64,000 nt of DNA. It comes from a virus. Position 1 is the stretch's first letter; every line of letters begins with the position of its first letter. Positions 8,666-17,888 of the stretch are shown piece after piece. The notes under the pieces were generated by a model. That model was not told the DNA's origin, did no database searches, and worked only from the letters and a program-made list of their open reading frames with translations. Made by a program: the position numbers and the translations under genes. Where the stretch lies: positions 128,001-192,000 of the IMG/VR virus record IMGVR_UViG_3300045988_172839; one strand, 5' to 3'.

Positions 8666-9121
8666 TCAACAATAATCTTGAATAGCTGTCAAACCTAACC
8701 AATACGCTAAAACTAGGTCTTTCTTACGAATATAAGGTAACAACTGTTTAGTGAACATAGTTGGACTCATTTGTAAATCATCCCAATCACAACGAAGACT
8801 GAAAGACTTACCAAACCAAATTTCTCCAGTTTCTTTAAACGGACGACTTGTAAGCTCTACAACTTGTCTGCTACCACCAAATTTATCAACTTTGATATTG
8901 TGGTAGTCAACCCCAACTGTATCTTGCAAGGTAAAAGAAATCGTCCCCTCAGAGCAACCTACCCAAATCAAATATTCACCTCTGGAGGGGGAGGAGATAC
9001 CAGTAGGGAATTTACCCATAGGATAAGTAGATTGACCCTCTAAATACTTCAAGAAGAAATTTAGTTTCTCTACTACCAACTCTTCGAGTTGGTCTCTTTT
9101 TAGTCCTTTGTATTTACTCAA
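8666..9121 (-). CDS. hypothetical protein, tandem paralog family A
   Basis: RDQLEELVVEKLNFFLKYL at the N-terminus and VLAYWLGLTAI at the C-terminus. Confidence 0.65.
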   Translation of the reverse strand: MSKYKGLKRDQLEELVVEKLNFFLKYLEGQSTYPMGKFPTGISSPSRGEYLIWVGCSEGTISFTLQDTVGVDYHNIKVDKFGGSRQVVELTSRPFKETGEIWFGKSFSLRCDWDDLQMSPTMFTKQLLPYIRKKDLVLAYWLGLTAIQDYC

Positions 9122-9584
9122 ATCTTATCTCCTCAACTACATCAAAACCGAAACCCGAAGAACGAACACCTAAATTTAAGCACTCAACTTGTTTAAGGGT
9201 TGCTACATTTTCAACTAGAGAAGTTAAAATATGGTTTAAATCATAATCAAGTAAGTTGGGGAGGTAATACTCATTTGAAACACGCTTTCGTTTTCCTGTT
9301 TTAGTATTACATGACACACTTTCAAACGTACCTCTATCCAATTCCTTGTCGAAATAAATCAGTATTTCATGAATCAAGTCGGTATCTAAGTTTGTCTCAA
9401 TCGTGTTTTTCAAGAGTCTTAGTCGAAATACAGAATCTTTTAGTAGAATTTGAGTTTTATACCTGACTGAGACTTGGGATACCGAACTCATAGGTTTAAT
9501 TTCAGCACCACTTACAAGTAACTTAAACCCCTGATATAAATAGTACCAAAATTCTGTTGTCTGCTTGTTAGTTAATCTATTCAT
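9114..9584 (-). CDS. hypothetical protein (possible family A member)
   Basis: ORF track; similar size and position; family membership uncertain. Confidence 0.6.
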   Translation of the reverse strand: MNRLTNKQTTEFWYYLYQGFKLLVSGAEIKPMSSVSQVSVRYKTQILLKDSVFRLRLLKNTIETNLDTDLIHEILIYFDKELDRGTFESVSCNTKTGKRKRVSNEYYLPNLLDYDLNHILTSLVENVATLKQVECLNLGVRSSGFGFDVVEEIRFE

Positions 9585-9616
9585 TGCACTTAAACCTCAA
9601 CTATATCTTTCTTAGT

Positions 9617-10087
9617 TCAATCCTTATCGTAATCTTTAAAATCAAACCCATACATTTTGTCGATTACATCTCTCTTAGTTTTAAAATTTCTGTAATAGCA
9701 CGTAATTCTCTTACCTCTATTAGTTACATTGATAAACCTATATTTACTTAAGTCCAATGTATCTAAGTATGACAACAAATGGTCTAAGTAGTTCTCAATA
9801 AACCATACAAAGTCTTGCTTACTTGCCTTAATGTTGACAATCAAATATCCCTCATAAATATCGTGGTATTGATTATCCGCAGAATGGTTAGACAAGCGAA
9901 CTTGGTAGTAATCATAGTTCTTATAGGCACTGTCTAAATGACTAGAGATAGACCAACCGTGCTGAGAAAGTTCATCAAAAGCTTGACTCAACTCATCCAT
10001 AGCTTGTTCGTATTCCCTACGTTGAGTATCACTTCTATTAAAACTACGTTTTCTATAAGCGTTATATCTGCTTTTTCCATAAGCCAT
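9617..10087 (-). CDS. hypothetical protein
   Basis: ATG 10087 follows GGAGG 5 nt upstream. The TTG at 10099 lies inside that RBS. Confidence 0.65.
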   Translation of the reverse strand: MAYGKSRYNAYRKRSFNRSDTQRREYEQAMDELSQAFDELSQHGWSISSHLDSAYKNYDYYQVRLSNHSADNQYHDIYEGYLIVNIKASKQDFVWFIENYLDHLLSYLDTLDLSKYRFINVTNRGKRITCYYRNFKTKRDVIDKMYGFDFKDYDKD

Positions 10088-10108
10088 ATTTACCTCCAAA
10101 ATTTAAAC

Positions 10109-10522
10109 TTAATCTTCCAAAGCACTCAAGAAACAAGCTACTTGAAAATCCGTAGAAATCGACTCTACCAAAATCTCAAAACCACGTGTAAATTGTGGAG
10201 TTCCTTTTGCTGCATATTGGACAATATGCTCCAAAGTTTTAGCTGGTAACTCACTTTCTGGTCTATAAAGACTACCTGAGAAGAAAACATCTAAGTCTGA
10301 AGATACCGAAATGTGTAAATCATGAACTCGTTTACCTGATTTCTTATTTTCCAACGAAAGGTAAACTAAGTCTTTTGCAAGTTCTACATAAACTAAGTAT
10401 CTATCAGAAACCTCGATTGTTTCTCCGCTAACTTCATCTGCTAAACCAATAACCTTATCAAAGGTTTTCTCCAAGGTTTGTTGGAGTTGTTGTCTTTTAG
10501 TGTTGCTCATCTTCTTGCTCAC
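10109..10522 (-). CDS. hypothetical protein (possible family A member)
   Basis: KRQQLQQTLEKTFDKVIGL N-terminal helix; similar size. Confidence 0.6.
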   Translation of the reverse strand: MSKKMSNTKRQQLQQTLEKTFDKVIGLADEVSGETIEVSDRYLVYVELAKDLVYLSLENKKSGKRVHDLHISVSSDLDVFFSGSLYRPESELPAKTLEHIVQYAAKGTPQFTRGFEILVESISTDFQVACFLSALED

Positions 10523-11489
10523 TTTCTAAAGCTATTTTAATCTGCTCCGCAATCCTTGATACCACCGGTACCGCAACGCTATTCCCCACTTGTTTGTACA
10601 AGTGACTATTTGCCATTTTCTCTGGGAACTTATACGAACGAGGGAACCCTTGAGTGTTAAAGCACTCTCTTGGAGTCATTTTCCGAATATCACCACCAAA
10701 GGTACGAATAATAGGTACAATGTTACCACCCATACCCATTCCTGCCATCAGAGTAGGTACTACTCCACTCTTATTTTCACGGACATATTGACCTCTTCTG
10801 TACTCATAAATTGAATTACTAGAAGTAATCTCAGAGTCTAATAAAGGATAGTAGTGCTTATCTTCACGGTAATAAAAGACCTCATCTACTGGGTTTTCAA
10901 AGTCAATTACATCATGAATCCTAACTGTTAAAGATATTTCTTCTGGGAAAACAAATCTATCGGAAACTTCTTTATCTCTGAAACCGACTATGTAAATACG
11001 TTCTCTACCCTGAGGGATATTGCCATACTTAGCTGCGTTTAAAACTTTATAATGAACATAGTAACCTAAGTCCTCCAAAGTCTGCAAAATCACTTTAAAT
11101 GTATTTCCTTTATTGTGACTAACTAGGTTCTTTACATTTTCTAAGAAAATTACTTTAGGTTCCTTTTCTTCAATAATGCGAGCTAACTCAAAGAATAAAT
11201 TTCCTCTACCTTTCTCATCATGGAAACCTTGTTAATACCCCGTTATGGAGAACGCTTGGCAAGGAAAACCACCCATAATAACATCAACATTTGGAATATC
11301 TGAGGCTGAAACTTCTTTAATGTCTCTACCATCCAACTGAACATGAGGAAAGTTTAAAGCAAAAGTTTCTCTCGCTTTTTCATCAAATTCATTTGCGTAG
11401 ATTGTTTTAAACCCTTGTTCTTCAAACCCTAAATCAATACCTCCTACTCCTGCAAAGAAGGAAGCACACGTTAATTCTAAACTGCTCAA
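10497..11489 (-). pseudogene. DNA (cytosine-5) methyltransferase interrupted by one in-frame TAA (pseudogene or read-through)
   Basis: FFAGVGG (motif I), GGFPCQAFSITGY, then TAA at 11232-11234, then in the same frame QGFHDEKGRGNLFFELARII..FLENVKN (VI), QGRERIYIVGF (VIII) and GNSVAVPV (X). Confidence 0.8.
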
Positions 11490-11503
11490 AATTTACCCCT
11501 AAT

Positions 11504-11908
11504 CTAATTTGTGTAAGCCAACAAAACCTTTAACCCTTTGATAAAGGCATCAACAAAGGCTACTGTAGGTATATTCTCTATGTAGTTGCGAATGATGGAT
11601 AACGAGAGGTTGTCATATCTTTCGTAAGGTATCCTATTAGAAATCTCTGTTTTAGGGTAACTATTGCTTGTAATGTACCAACCATTTAATCGCTCTACCT
11701 TGTAATCGTAAGCATTGAATGAAATACTATGTGATTTCTGTCCCATACGAACTACAATTCCTAAGTAAGTCCAAGGCGTATCTTGAACCTCAAAATAAGT
11801 ATTATCCGAAACTTTGAACAAACCATACACTTTAGCACCTGTGCTATGTAGCTGATGTAGCCGATACAGTAACTCTGCTAATAAATCTTTCTTTTCACCA
11901 ACAACCAT
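11504..11908 (-). CDS. hypothetical protein, tandem paralog family A
   Basis: KDLLAELLYRLHQLH at the N-terminus and VAFVDAFIKGLKVL at the C-terminus. Confidence 0.7.
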   Translation of the reverse strand: MVVGEKKDLLAELLYRLHQLHSTGAKVYGLFKVSDNTYFEVQDTPWTYLGIVVRMGQKSHSISFNAYDYKVERLNGWYITSNSYPKTEISNRIPYERYDNLSLSIIRNYIENIPTVAFVDAFIKGLKVLLAYTN

Positions 11909-11949
11909 TCATCTGACCTCTAAAACTTCAAATTTAACTGATCTTGTAA

Positions 11950-12372
11950 CTACCACTTAACCATATCATTTGTCAAAACAACTAAATCTAAAGAAGTACA
12001 CAAGTTTGTAAGGCGTTCTTTAGATGTAATTGAGTTCACAATCGCATCTAACTCAGAACCACCCAAAATCAAACTATTTTTATTTACAAAGATAGTAAAC
12101 ATAGTAGAAGTATCTATTTTATTGTTAAGATGAGACCAACCACTCACGCTATATACATCCCCATAGTCATCCACAGAGAAGTAATAAGCAAGGTTATCTT
12201 TACAATAAAGCCCAACATAAAACCCTTTAAGATGAGTTTTATAAGAAAGTGTATATTTTCTATTGTTTAAAGGTCTTTGCGTGTCCTCATAAGATACAAA
12301 TTTGGACACTTCTTCTAGTATGTTCTCAACTGATCTTTTAAGACGTTTCACTTCTTTATCTGTAAACTTCAT
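11950..12372 (-). CDS. hypothetical protein, tandem paralog family A (close to 12873..13310)
   Basis: PLNNRKYTLSYKT...AYYFSV...SGWSHL...ITSKERLTNLCTSL compared with PLNNQKYTYSYIQ...AYYFYI...RGWSYF...ISSKERFINLYTAL. Confidence 0.75.
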   Translation of the reverse strand: MKFTDKEVKRLKRSVENILEEVSKFVSYEDTQRPLNNRKYTLSYKTHLKGFYVGLYCKDNLAYYFSVDDYGDVYSVSGWSHLNNKIDTSTMFTIFVNKNSLILGGSELDAIVNSITSKERLTNLCTSLDLVVLTNDMVKW

Positions 12373-12387
12373 ATTTTAACCTCTCTC

Positions 12388-12885
12388 TCAATCTAAAACC
12401 ATATCAAATTTAAACCCATAAAACTTAGTCAGTATAACAGAAATTAAAACATCTAGTTCCATTTCAAACTGTTGTGATAAAGGTATTGAAACCTTCTCTT
12501 CAATCGAAATTGGAAGTTCATCACAAGAAAGATACCCTCTCATGGTTTTATAGGGAACCAACTCAAACCCTTGAGTCTGACATTTGAAGAATTGAATAAC
12601 TCGAACTGAAGTTAGTTTCTTCTCAGTAAACTTAATTTCCACATGAAAGTTCTCCGTAGTTTTAACAACTATTTGGGTCTTCCCTACAAAATTTACCTCA
12701 GTCACATTTAGAAAAGGTACTAAACGCAAAAGAAGTTCTTCTGTCAGAGTCCACTCTCCTCTTTGTATAGAATAAGCAATAAAAGAGTCTCTGTTGAAAA
12801 TATAAGGGTTGTAGGGAAAAGTAACCCCATCTGACACAACTAATAAACCATCTTTTGAATACATCTTAAACCTCAGTCTTTCCAC
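12388..12885 (-). CDS. hypothetical protein
   Basis: ORF track; embedded in the family A array but without the family termini. Confidence 0.65.
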   Translation of the reverse strand: MERLRFKMYSKDGLLVVSDGVTFPYNPYIFNRDSFIAYSIQRGEWTLTEELLLRLVPFLNVTEVNFVGKTQIVVKTTENFHVEIKFTEKKLTSVRVIQFFKCQTQGFELVPYKTMRGYLSCDELPISIEEKVSIPLSQQFEMELDVLISVILTKFYGFKFDMVLD

Positions 12886-13310
12886 TCAAGAAAGGTATTG
12901 TTTTGAGAAACTAAACATAAAGCAGTATACAAGTTTATAAAACGCTCTTTAGAGGAAATAGAATCAATGATAAGGTCTAAATCTCCCCACGTGATACACT
13001 TATCTGATAAGTCTATAAATAATGTAAATGCGTTTGAGTTATCTGGTTTACCTTTAAAGTAAGACCAACCTCTCATCACATAAGCGTCAGAATCAGAATC
13101 TAGCTCAATGTAAAAATAATAAGCATCTCTACCCTCACAAAATAAACTAACATAAAGTCTGTTTACATCTTGAATATAAGAGTAAGTATATTTCTGATTA
13201 TTTAAAGGAAGTTTCCCATCTTTATGATGTGTAAGTTTAGGTAAGTCTTCCAGTAAACCGTTAATTACTGTCCCAAAGCGACATAGCTCTTCAGATGTTA
13301 AATTCATCAA
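12873..13310 (-). CDS. hypothetical protein, tandem paralog family A
   Basis: Clear paralog of 11950..12372. Confidence 0.75.
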   Translation of the reverse strand: MMNLTSEELCRFGTVINGLLEDLPKLTHHKDGKLPLNNQKYTYSYIQDVNRLYVSLFCEGRDAYYFYIELDSDSDAYVMRGWSYFKGKPDNSNAFTLFIDLSDKCITWGDLDLIIDSISSKERFINLYTALCLVSQNNTFLEWKD

Positions 13311-13720
13311 TCTACCTCCATCATTAACTCTTTCAAAGCATTTAAAAGTACACGTGCCATCTCATCAGAACTTATAAACTCAATTAAATCTTCGAACTTA
13401 CTCAAATTCTTTGTTTTAAACTCTTCATAGTTTAACTTAAATCGAACCTCTTGATACTCACCATCTTTTGTGTAACCTTTACGGATGCTTCGGCAATAGA
13501 CATAATCGTCTTCAAGGTCGAAATTTAAAACATGCTCTCTACCTACATTATAAGTATACAAAGTAAGCTCAATTTCAGAACCCTCTCTCAGAAAGCGAAA
13601 CTCATAAATAAGTGAAGTGTCAAAAACTACCCCATATTCATAAGGTTCTCTATCCCACTCTTTACGCAGAAAATTTACTAAATAATCATTTAATGCTTGT
13701 CTATTTTTCGTTAAAGTCAT
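13307..13720 (-). CDS. hypothetical protein, tandem paralog family A
   Basis: ATG 13720 after a GAGG RBS and right after the upstream stop; NRQALNDYLVNFL at the N-terminus and LLNALKELMMEV at the C-terminus. Confidence 0.65.
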   Translation of the reverse strand: MTLTKNRQALNDYLVNFLRKEWDREPYEYGVVFDTSLIYEFRFLREGSEIELTLYTYNVGREHVLNFDLEDDYVYCRSIRKGYTKDGEYQEVRFKLNYEEFKTKNLSKFEDLIEFISSDEMARVLLNALKELMMEVD

Positions 13721-13722
13721 CT

Positions 13723-14232
13723 CTATACCTCGCAAAAATCATGAATATTTGTAAACAATTTAGGTAAACCTTTATAAAAAGCATCAAGCACCTCAGATTT
13801 CTGAATAGCACTCAATAAAACCATCAATTCAGAGTGTTTAACTTCAGTAACACTAATTTGCTTAGCTAAATGATTTTGAGGTCTTCCTCTATAACAAGGA
13901 ACACTCAAACCTGAAAAACTAGGAGAAAAACCAATGCCTGTACCATTTACCTGCGTACTTGAAGATACCACTTCTTCACTTAAAGTTAAACGATGTACTA
14001 AAGTATTAGTGCCTTTCCGATAAACATCAAAGTTTAAATCAACTAATAATGTATTCTCCAAAGGCATAAACATATTTGAAAATTCTACATTGTATAAAAA
14101 ATTACCTTCAGCACTAAACTGAATATCATATCCCATAAATGTATCAAAATGCTTATCTAACTGTTTATATAACTTATCTAATGCCTGTAAGCAAAAATCT
14201 AACTTTTCTACTCTTGAAACTCGAACACCCAT
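13723..14232 (-). CDS. hypothetical protein, tandem paralog family A (close to 14740..15237)
   Basis: YRGRPQNH...VLDAFYKGLPKLFTNI compared with FFRGKPKEW...VLNAFYLGLPEILNKV. Confidence 0.75.
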   Translation of the reverse strand: MGVRVSRVEKLDFCLQALDKLYKQLDKHFDTFMGYDIQFSAEGNFLYNVEFSNMFMPLENTLLVDLNFDVYRKGTNTLVHRLTLSEEVVSSSTQVNGTGIGFSPSFSGLSVPCYRGRPQNHLAKQISVTEVKHSELMVLLSAIQKSEVLDAFYKGLPKLFTNIHDFCEV

Positions 14233-14270
14233 AATGTCAACCTCATTTATTTAATCAACTAACTAAACAG

Positions 14271-14702
14271 TTACATAAACTTCATGTACTGCAAACCTTC
14301 TAAGTAAGCTAAAACCTGCTCATCAGTTAAAGAGTTAACTACTTCTACAATATCAGAACGACTAAACTCTTTCGTATAGTTTATGGATGTAACATCTACA
14401 ACACTAGAACTTCTCCCACCTACATCATACTTAAATGCTTTAAAACTATACAACAAATCCCCAGCTTCAATCATTTGTAAACCAATAATTAAACTACAAT
14501 GTTGTTTCCAACGTTTACGCGTGTATAGAGTAAAAGAAATAGATAAATTTGTATAATTCTCAGTGATACCCCACCCAAAAGTTAAACGATCATTTACCTC
14601 AACCATAGGAGGAACTTCCGGAAACACAGTCGATTGAATGTGTAAACCTCTAATCATATTATCCAAAACTTCTACTAATTGTGTTCTATCTTTATAAGAC
14701 AT
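14271..14702 (-). CDS. hypothetical protein, tandem paralog family A
   Basis: RTQLVEVLDNMIRGL at the N-terminus and VLAYLEGLQYMKF at the C-terminus. Confidence 0.7.
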   Translation of the reverse strand: MSYKDRTQLVEVLDNMIRGLHIQSTVFPEVPPMVEVNDRLTFGWGITENYTNLSISFTLYTRKRWKQHCSLIIGLQMIEAGDLLYSFKAFKYDVGGRSSSVVDVTSINYTKEFSRSDIVEVVNSLTDEQVLAYLEGLQYMKFM

Positions 14703-14739
14703 ATTTTAAACCTCATTTACTTAAATCGTGACCTTTATC

Positions 14740-15237
14740 TTATTCAAACCTTAAATCAGGAAGTTTCTTAACTTTATTCAAAATCTCTGGTAAACCTAAA
14801 TAAAACGCGTTTAAAACTGCATTAGATTGGATACCCTCGGCAATGAGTCTAGGTGCAAACAAAGCCAAAGTATCACTAGACATAGAACCAACTCTTTCCC
14901 ACTCTTTAGGTTTTCCTCTGAAGAAAGGACTACTATAACCAAAATAAGTATCTGAGTTAGCTGAAGGTTCAATAGCTAACCAAATGCGATGTTGTATAAG
15001 GTAAGAAGATTTACTCACAACTTCAATACTAACCTCCCCTGCATCATTATTACCTTTATTTGGTTCAGTAAGTGTAACTTTTAAGAAATGAGTAGAATTT
15101 ACATCCAATGCCAGATCATACTGTGGAGAGCCGATGTAGTTTCGTTTAAATTCCTTATTTCTAAGTTTTATAACATAAACTGCTAATTGCTCTAAACTTT
15201 TAATACAAACCTCTTGCTTTTCTTGTTTTGTTACCAT
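14740..15237 (-). CDS. hypothetical protein, tandem paralog family A
   Basis: Paralog of 13723..14232. Confidence 0.75.
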   Translation of the reverse strand: MVTKQEKQEVCIKSLEQLAVYVIKLRNKEFKRNYIGSPQYDLALDVNSTHFLKVTLTEPNKGNNDAGEVSIEVVSKSSYLIQHRIWLAIEPSANSDTYFGYSSPFFRGKPKEWERVGSMSSDTLALFAPRLIAEGIQSNAVLNAFYLGLPEILNKVKKLPDLRFE

Positions 15238-15257
15238 AAGTTAAACCTCTTATCTCT

Positions 15258-15701
15258 TTACGGATTGCGCAACGGAATCTTGTTTAAAGCTATTTTGAAA
15301 GCTTTTGCATGTGATTTAGGCATAGATTCTACAAGTTTCTGTACTTCTTCCTCAGATATCTCAGATTCATAAACCTTAACATACGATTTATCGTGGTCAA
15401 ATTCCCCAAATCGTGTAAATGGAAAAGTACCATAATCGAAAGTACAACCCATGTTGTAATTTAAACCTACAAACAACTTTCTAACTGGTTGTTTAGTTGT
15501 TTGAGAAAGCAAGGTCACATGCAAAGAAACGTTACTGTTTTGATGGTTCAGACTGTAAGCCACATGAAACCCACCTGAGACATCAAAGCCAATTAACCCA
15601 TTTATGTCAGTATAGGTACTAGGACTAAGTTCATAACCAACTTGTCTTAGTAGTAAGACCAACTCCTTTTGGTCTTTTGTTAAAATTGTCAACTCAAACA
15701 C
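15258..15701 (-). CDS. hypothetical protein, tandem paralog family A
   Basis: KDQKELVLLLRQVGYEL at the N-terminus and AKAFKIALNKI at the C-terminus. Confidence 0.7.
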   Translation of the reverse strand: MFELTILTKDQKELVLLLRQVGYELSPSTYTDINGLIGFDVSGGFHVAYSLNHQNSNVSLHVTLLSQTTKQPVRKLFVGLNYNMGCTFDYGTFPFTRFGEFDHDKSYVKVYESEISEEEVQKLVESMPKSHAKAFKIALNKIPLRNP

Positions 15702-15704
15702 CTC

Positions 15705-16184
15705 TCAATCACTAAACATCTTATTGTATTCAATTAAACCACAAGCTCTTTCTAAGCACGCAACTAATGGAGTAAGCAAATTATCTCTTTTATAGCTTGT
15801 CAGAACCATCTGACGAATATATGTCTCAAATGGAAATTGTGTTGTGAAACTAACTTTCAAATCATCCAAAGCCTTACCTCTACTATAAGGCAAGCTTGTA
15901 AAAGCACAATAATCAATCGGATTGTTTGAAGTCTCTGGTATATAAGCAACTTCAAAACGATGTAAAGTCGCTCCCAGTGAAGTTAAAAGACTGATACCGA
16001 AAGTTATTGAGGTTTGAGTGCTACTAAACTCTATCAAACCTTTATAGTTTTCATACTCTTTTAACTCAAACAAAATTTCAAAAGGTTTTCTATCCTGAAA
16101 ACTTAAAGTGAGTTGGTTATGTATAAGTTGCAGTCTATTTACTATTCTGTCTAGTTTTTCTTCTTTGGATTGTCTTTTAATCAA
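15705..16184 (-). CDS. hypothetical protein, tandem paralog family A
   Basis: KLDRIVNRLQLIHNQL at the N-terminus and LVACLERACGL at the C-terminus. Confidence 0.7.
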   Translation of the reverse strand: MIKRQSKEEKLDRIVNRLQLIHNQLTLSFQDRKPFEILFELKEYENYKGLIEFSSTQTSITFGISLLTSLGATLHRFEVAYIPETSNNPIDYCAFTSLPYSRGKALDDLKVSFTTQFPFETYIRQMVLTSYKRDNLLTPLVACLERACGLIEYNKMFSD

Positions 16185-16194
16185 ACTATAAACC

Positions 16195-16647
16195 TCACAT
16201 TTCCTTCAAACTTGGGTACAACAAGTAAAGATACCCCAAAAGTGCTTTCCCTAAGTAATCATATTTCATAAACTCTAACAGACCAACCAAATCTTCAAGT
16301 CTGCCATTTGGAGAAACCTCAAAATGATTAACCTCAGTAATCTCACCTTTTGAATCGTAATGATGCACTTCTACAAAAACAACATAAGGTTCAGTCGGTT
16401 CAGTTAAAACATCTAAGTAATTTGTAACAACCAACTGGAAAGTCATCCGTTTACTTCGATTGTAAAAACGTAAATGGAGATTTGGGTTGCGTCTTGTAAT
16501 ATCGTTATAAATCGAACCGATAATCTTACCATCACTTGTCATAGGCATTTTTGGTAAGTGTTTATTCAACACTTTACTACTCAAAAAATCTTGAATCAAA
16601 GTATCTAAACCTAAACGCAAATGGCAAAACTCTTTGTCTGATAACAT
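16195..16647 (-). CDS. hypothetical protein, tandem paralog family A
   Basis: Start set at ATG 16647 (MLSDKEFCHLRLGLDTL). The longer track ORF runs toward the promoter region. Confidence 0.65.
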   Translation of the reverse strand: MLSDKEFCHLRLGLDTLIQDFLSSKVLNKHLPKMPMTSDGKIIGSIYNDITRRNPNLHLRFYNRSKRMTFQLVVTNYLDVLTEPTEPYVVFVEVHHYDSKGEITEVNHFEVSPNGRLEDLVGLLEFMKYDYLGKALLGYLYLLYPSLKEM

Positions 16648-16720
16648 CTTTACTACCCCACTAAATTTCAAGCTACAACAAGCAATCAAAACTTCAATTT
16701 AATTCAAATCTTATAAATCA

Positions 16721-16749
16721 AGTTTACTACAAAAATTGAAAAATTGCAA
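16721..16749 (-). promoter_or_regulatory. sigma-A-type promoter TTGCAA-17-TAAACT
   Basis: agttta at 16721-16726 and ttgcaa at 16744-16749, 17-nt spacer. Sits at the head of the family A array. Confidence 0.65.
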
Positions 16750-16859
16750 GGATTTCACATAAGAAATTTTGATTAATTTGACAAGAATAAAAACAAAACA
16801 AAGCAATATAAAAGAGCAGTATAAAATTATACCACTCCATTATGTGTAAGTTCAAAATC

Positions 16860-17327
16860 TCAATCTTCTAAGTCTAAATCTTTGTCTTCTGGACCAAGAA
16901 TACCGTAAGAAAGTAGAGCTTGCATGTGGTTCTGTACAAAATCTCGAACTTGAGGATGTTCTCTCTCTATTTCTTCAAATTCTTGGAACTGTAAGCTTGT
17001 AAGCACTCTCTCCGTTACAATACGCATGAAATTGAAAAACAATTCCTTTGTGATTTCATCTTTTGATAGACCAAAAAATTCAAGAGACTTGTCTTTATCA
17101 AATAAACCGATACCTTGTTTCAATAGAAGTTCAAAAATTGGATATAAATTCTCCCTAGGAATAGCAACAAAAGAAGTAGCAGACAAAGTATCATCTTCTG
17201 TTCCAAACAAAGAAAGTTCAACCACACCTTCTAAAGTATCTTTCTTTTTCAAAATGCTTTGGTTGAACTTCATAAGGTTCTTCAACACCTTATCTCGAAC
17301 AGTATGTCCAATTTCCATTCTTTCCAT
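16860..17327 (-). CDS. acidic protein, paralog of 25510..25950 and 26332..26838
   Basis: C-terminal EHPQVRDFVQNHMQALLSYG compared with EHPELVDFLDSHMSSMVYIEG; D/E-rich. Confidence 0.7.
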   Translation of the reverse strand: MERMEIGHTVRDKVLKNLMKFNQSILKKKDTLEGVVELSLFGTEDDTLSATSFVAIPRENLYPIFELLLKQGIGLFDKDKSLEFFGLSKDEITKELFFNFMRIVTERVLTSLQFQEFEEIEREHPQVRDFVQNHMQALLSYGILGPEDKDLDLED

Positions 17328-17855
17328 CTATCTGTCTTCACTTTCTATTTCTTCCTGATGAGCTACTTGGATTTCTGGTAAAACTTGTGGATACCCTACA
17401 ACTTCTCCTATTCTTAAATTCGCAACTGCTTCGTGACCTTCTACCAATGCTTGTTTCTTTTGGTACTGCTTAATCTTCATAGCAGTTCTATAACATGTAC
17501 CGAAATAAAGCTCTACATAATCTAACAAGGACACATAAACCATGCGAACACACTCATCATCCTTACCACAAGAAACAGTCGAGTTCCTAAAAATAGACAT
17601 AGACTGCTGAAAACCTACTGGTAAGACAACACCATCTTCTATCTCTGGGTAAACTACCTCAAAAAGTAAATCAACTAAGTACGTTTTATTACCTTTAGTA
17701 TCTCTATCAACCACTTTCCAAAGTAACTTATGTTCAACTAAATAATCAAAAGTTTCTAATAGAGAGTGTCGATTAAACTGTCCCTTCTTAGACTTAAACT
17801 CTTCCACACTTAACGACCCGTTCGCTAAGTTTTTAAATTCAGTTAAAACAGTCAC
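17328..17855 (-). CDS. hypothetical protein
   Basis: ORF track; its stop abuts the next ATG. Confidence 0.7.
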   Translation of the reverse strand: MTVLTEFKNLANGSLSVEEFKSKKGQFNRHSLLETFDYLVEHKLLWKVVDRDTKGNKTYLVDLLFEVVYPEIEDGVVLPVGFQQSMSIFRNSTVSCGKDDECVRMVYVSLLDYVELYFGTCYRTAMKIKQYQKKQALVEGHEAVANLRIGEVVGYPQVLPEIQVAHQEEIESEDR

Positions 17856-17888
17856 ACCAACACCTACCTTTACTACTTTCTGTTAACT

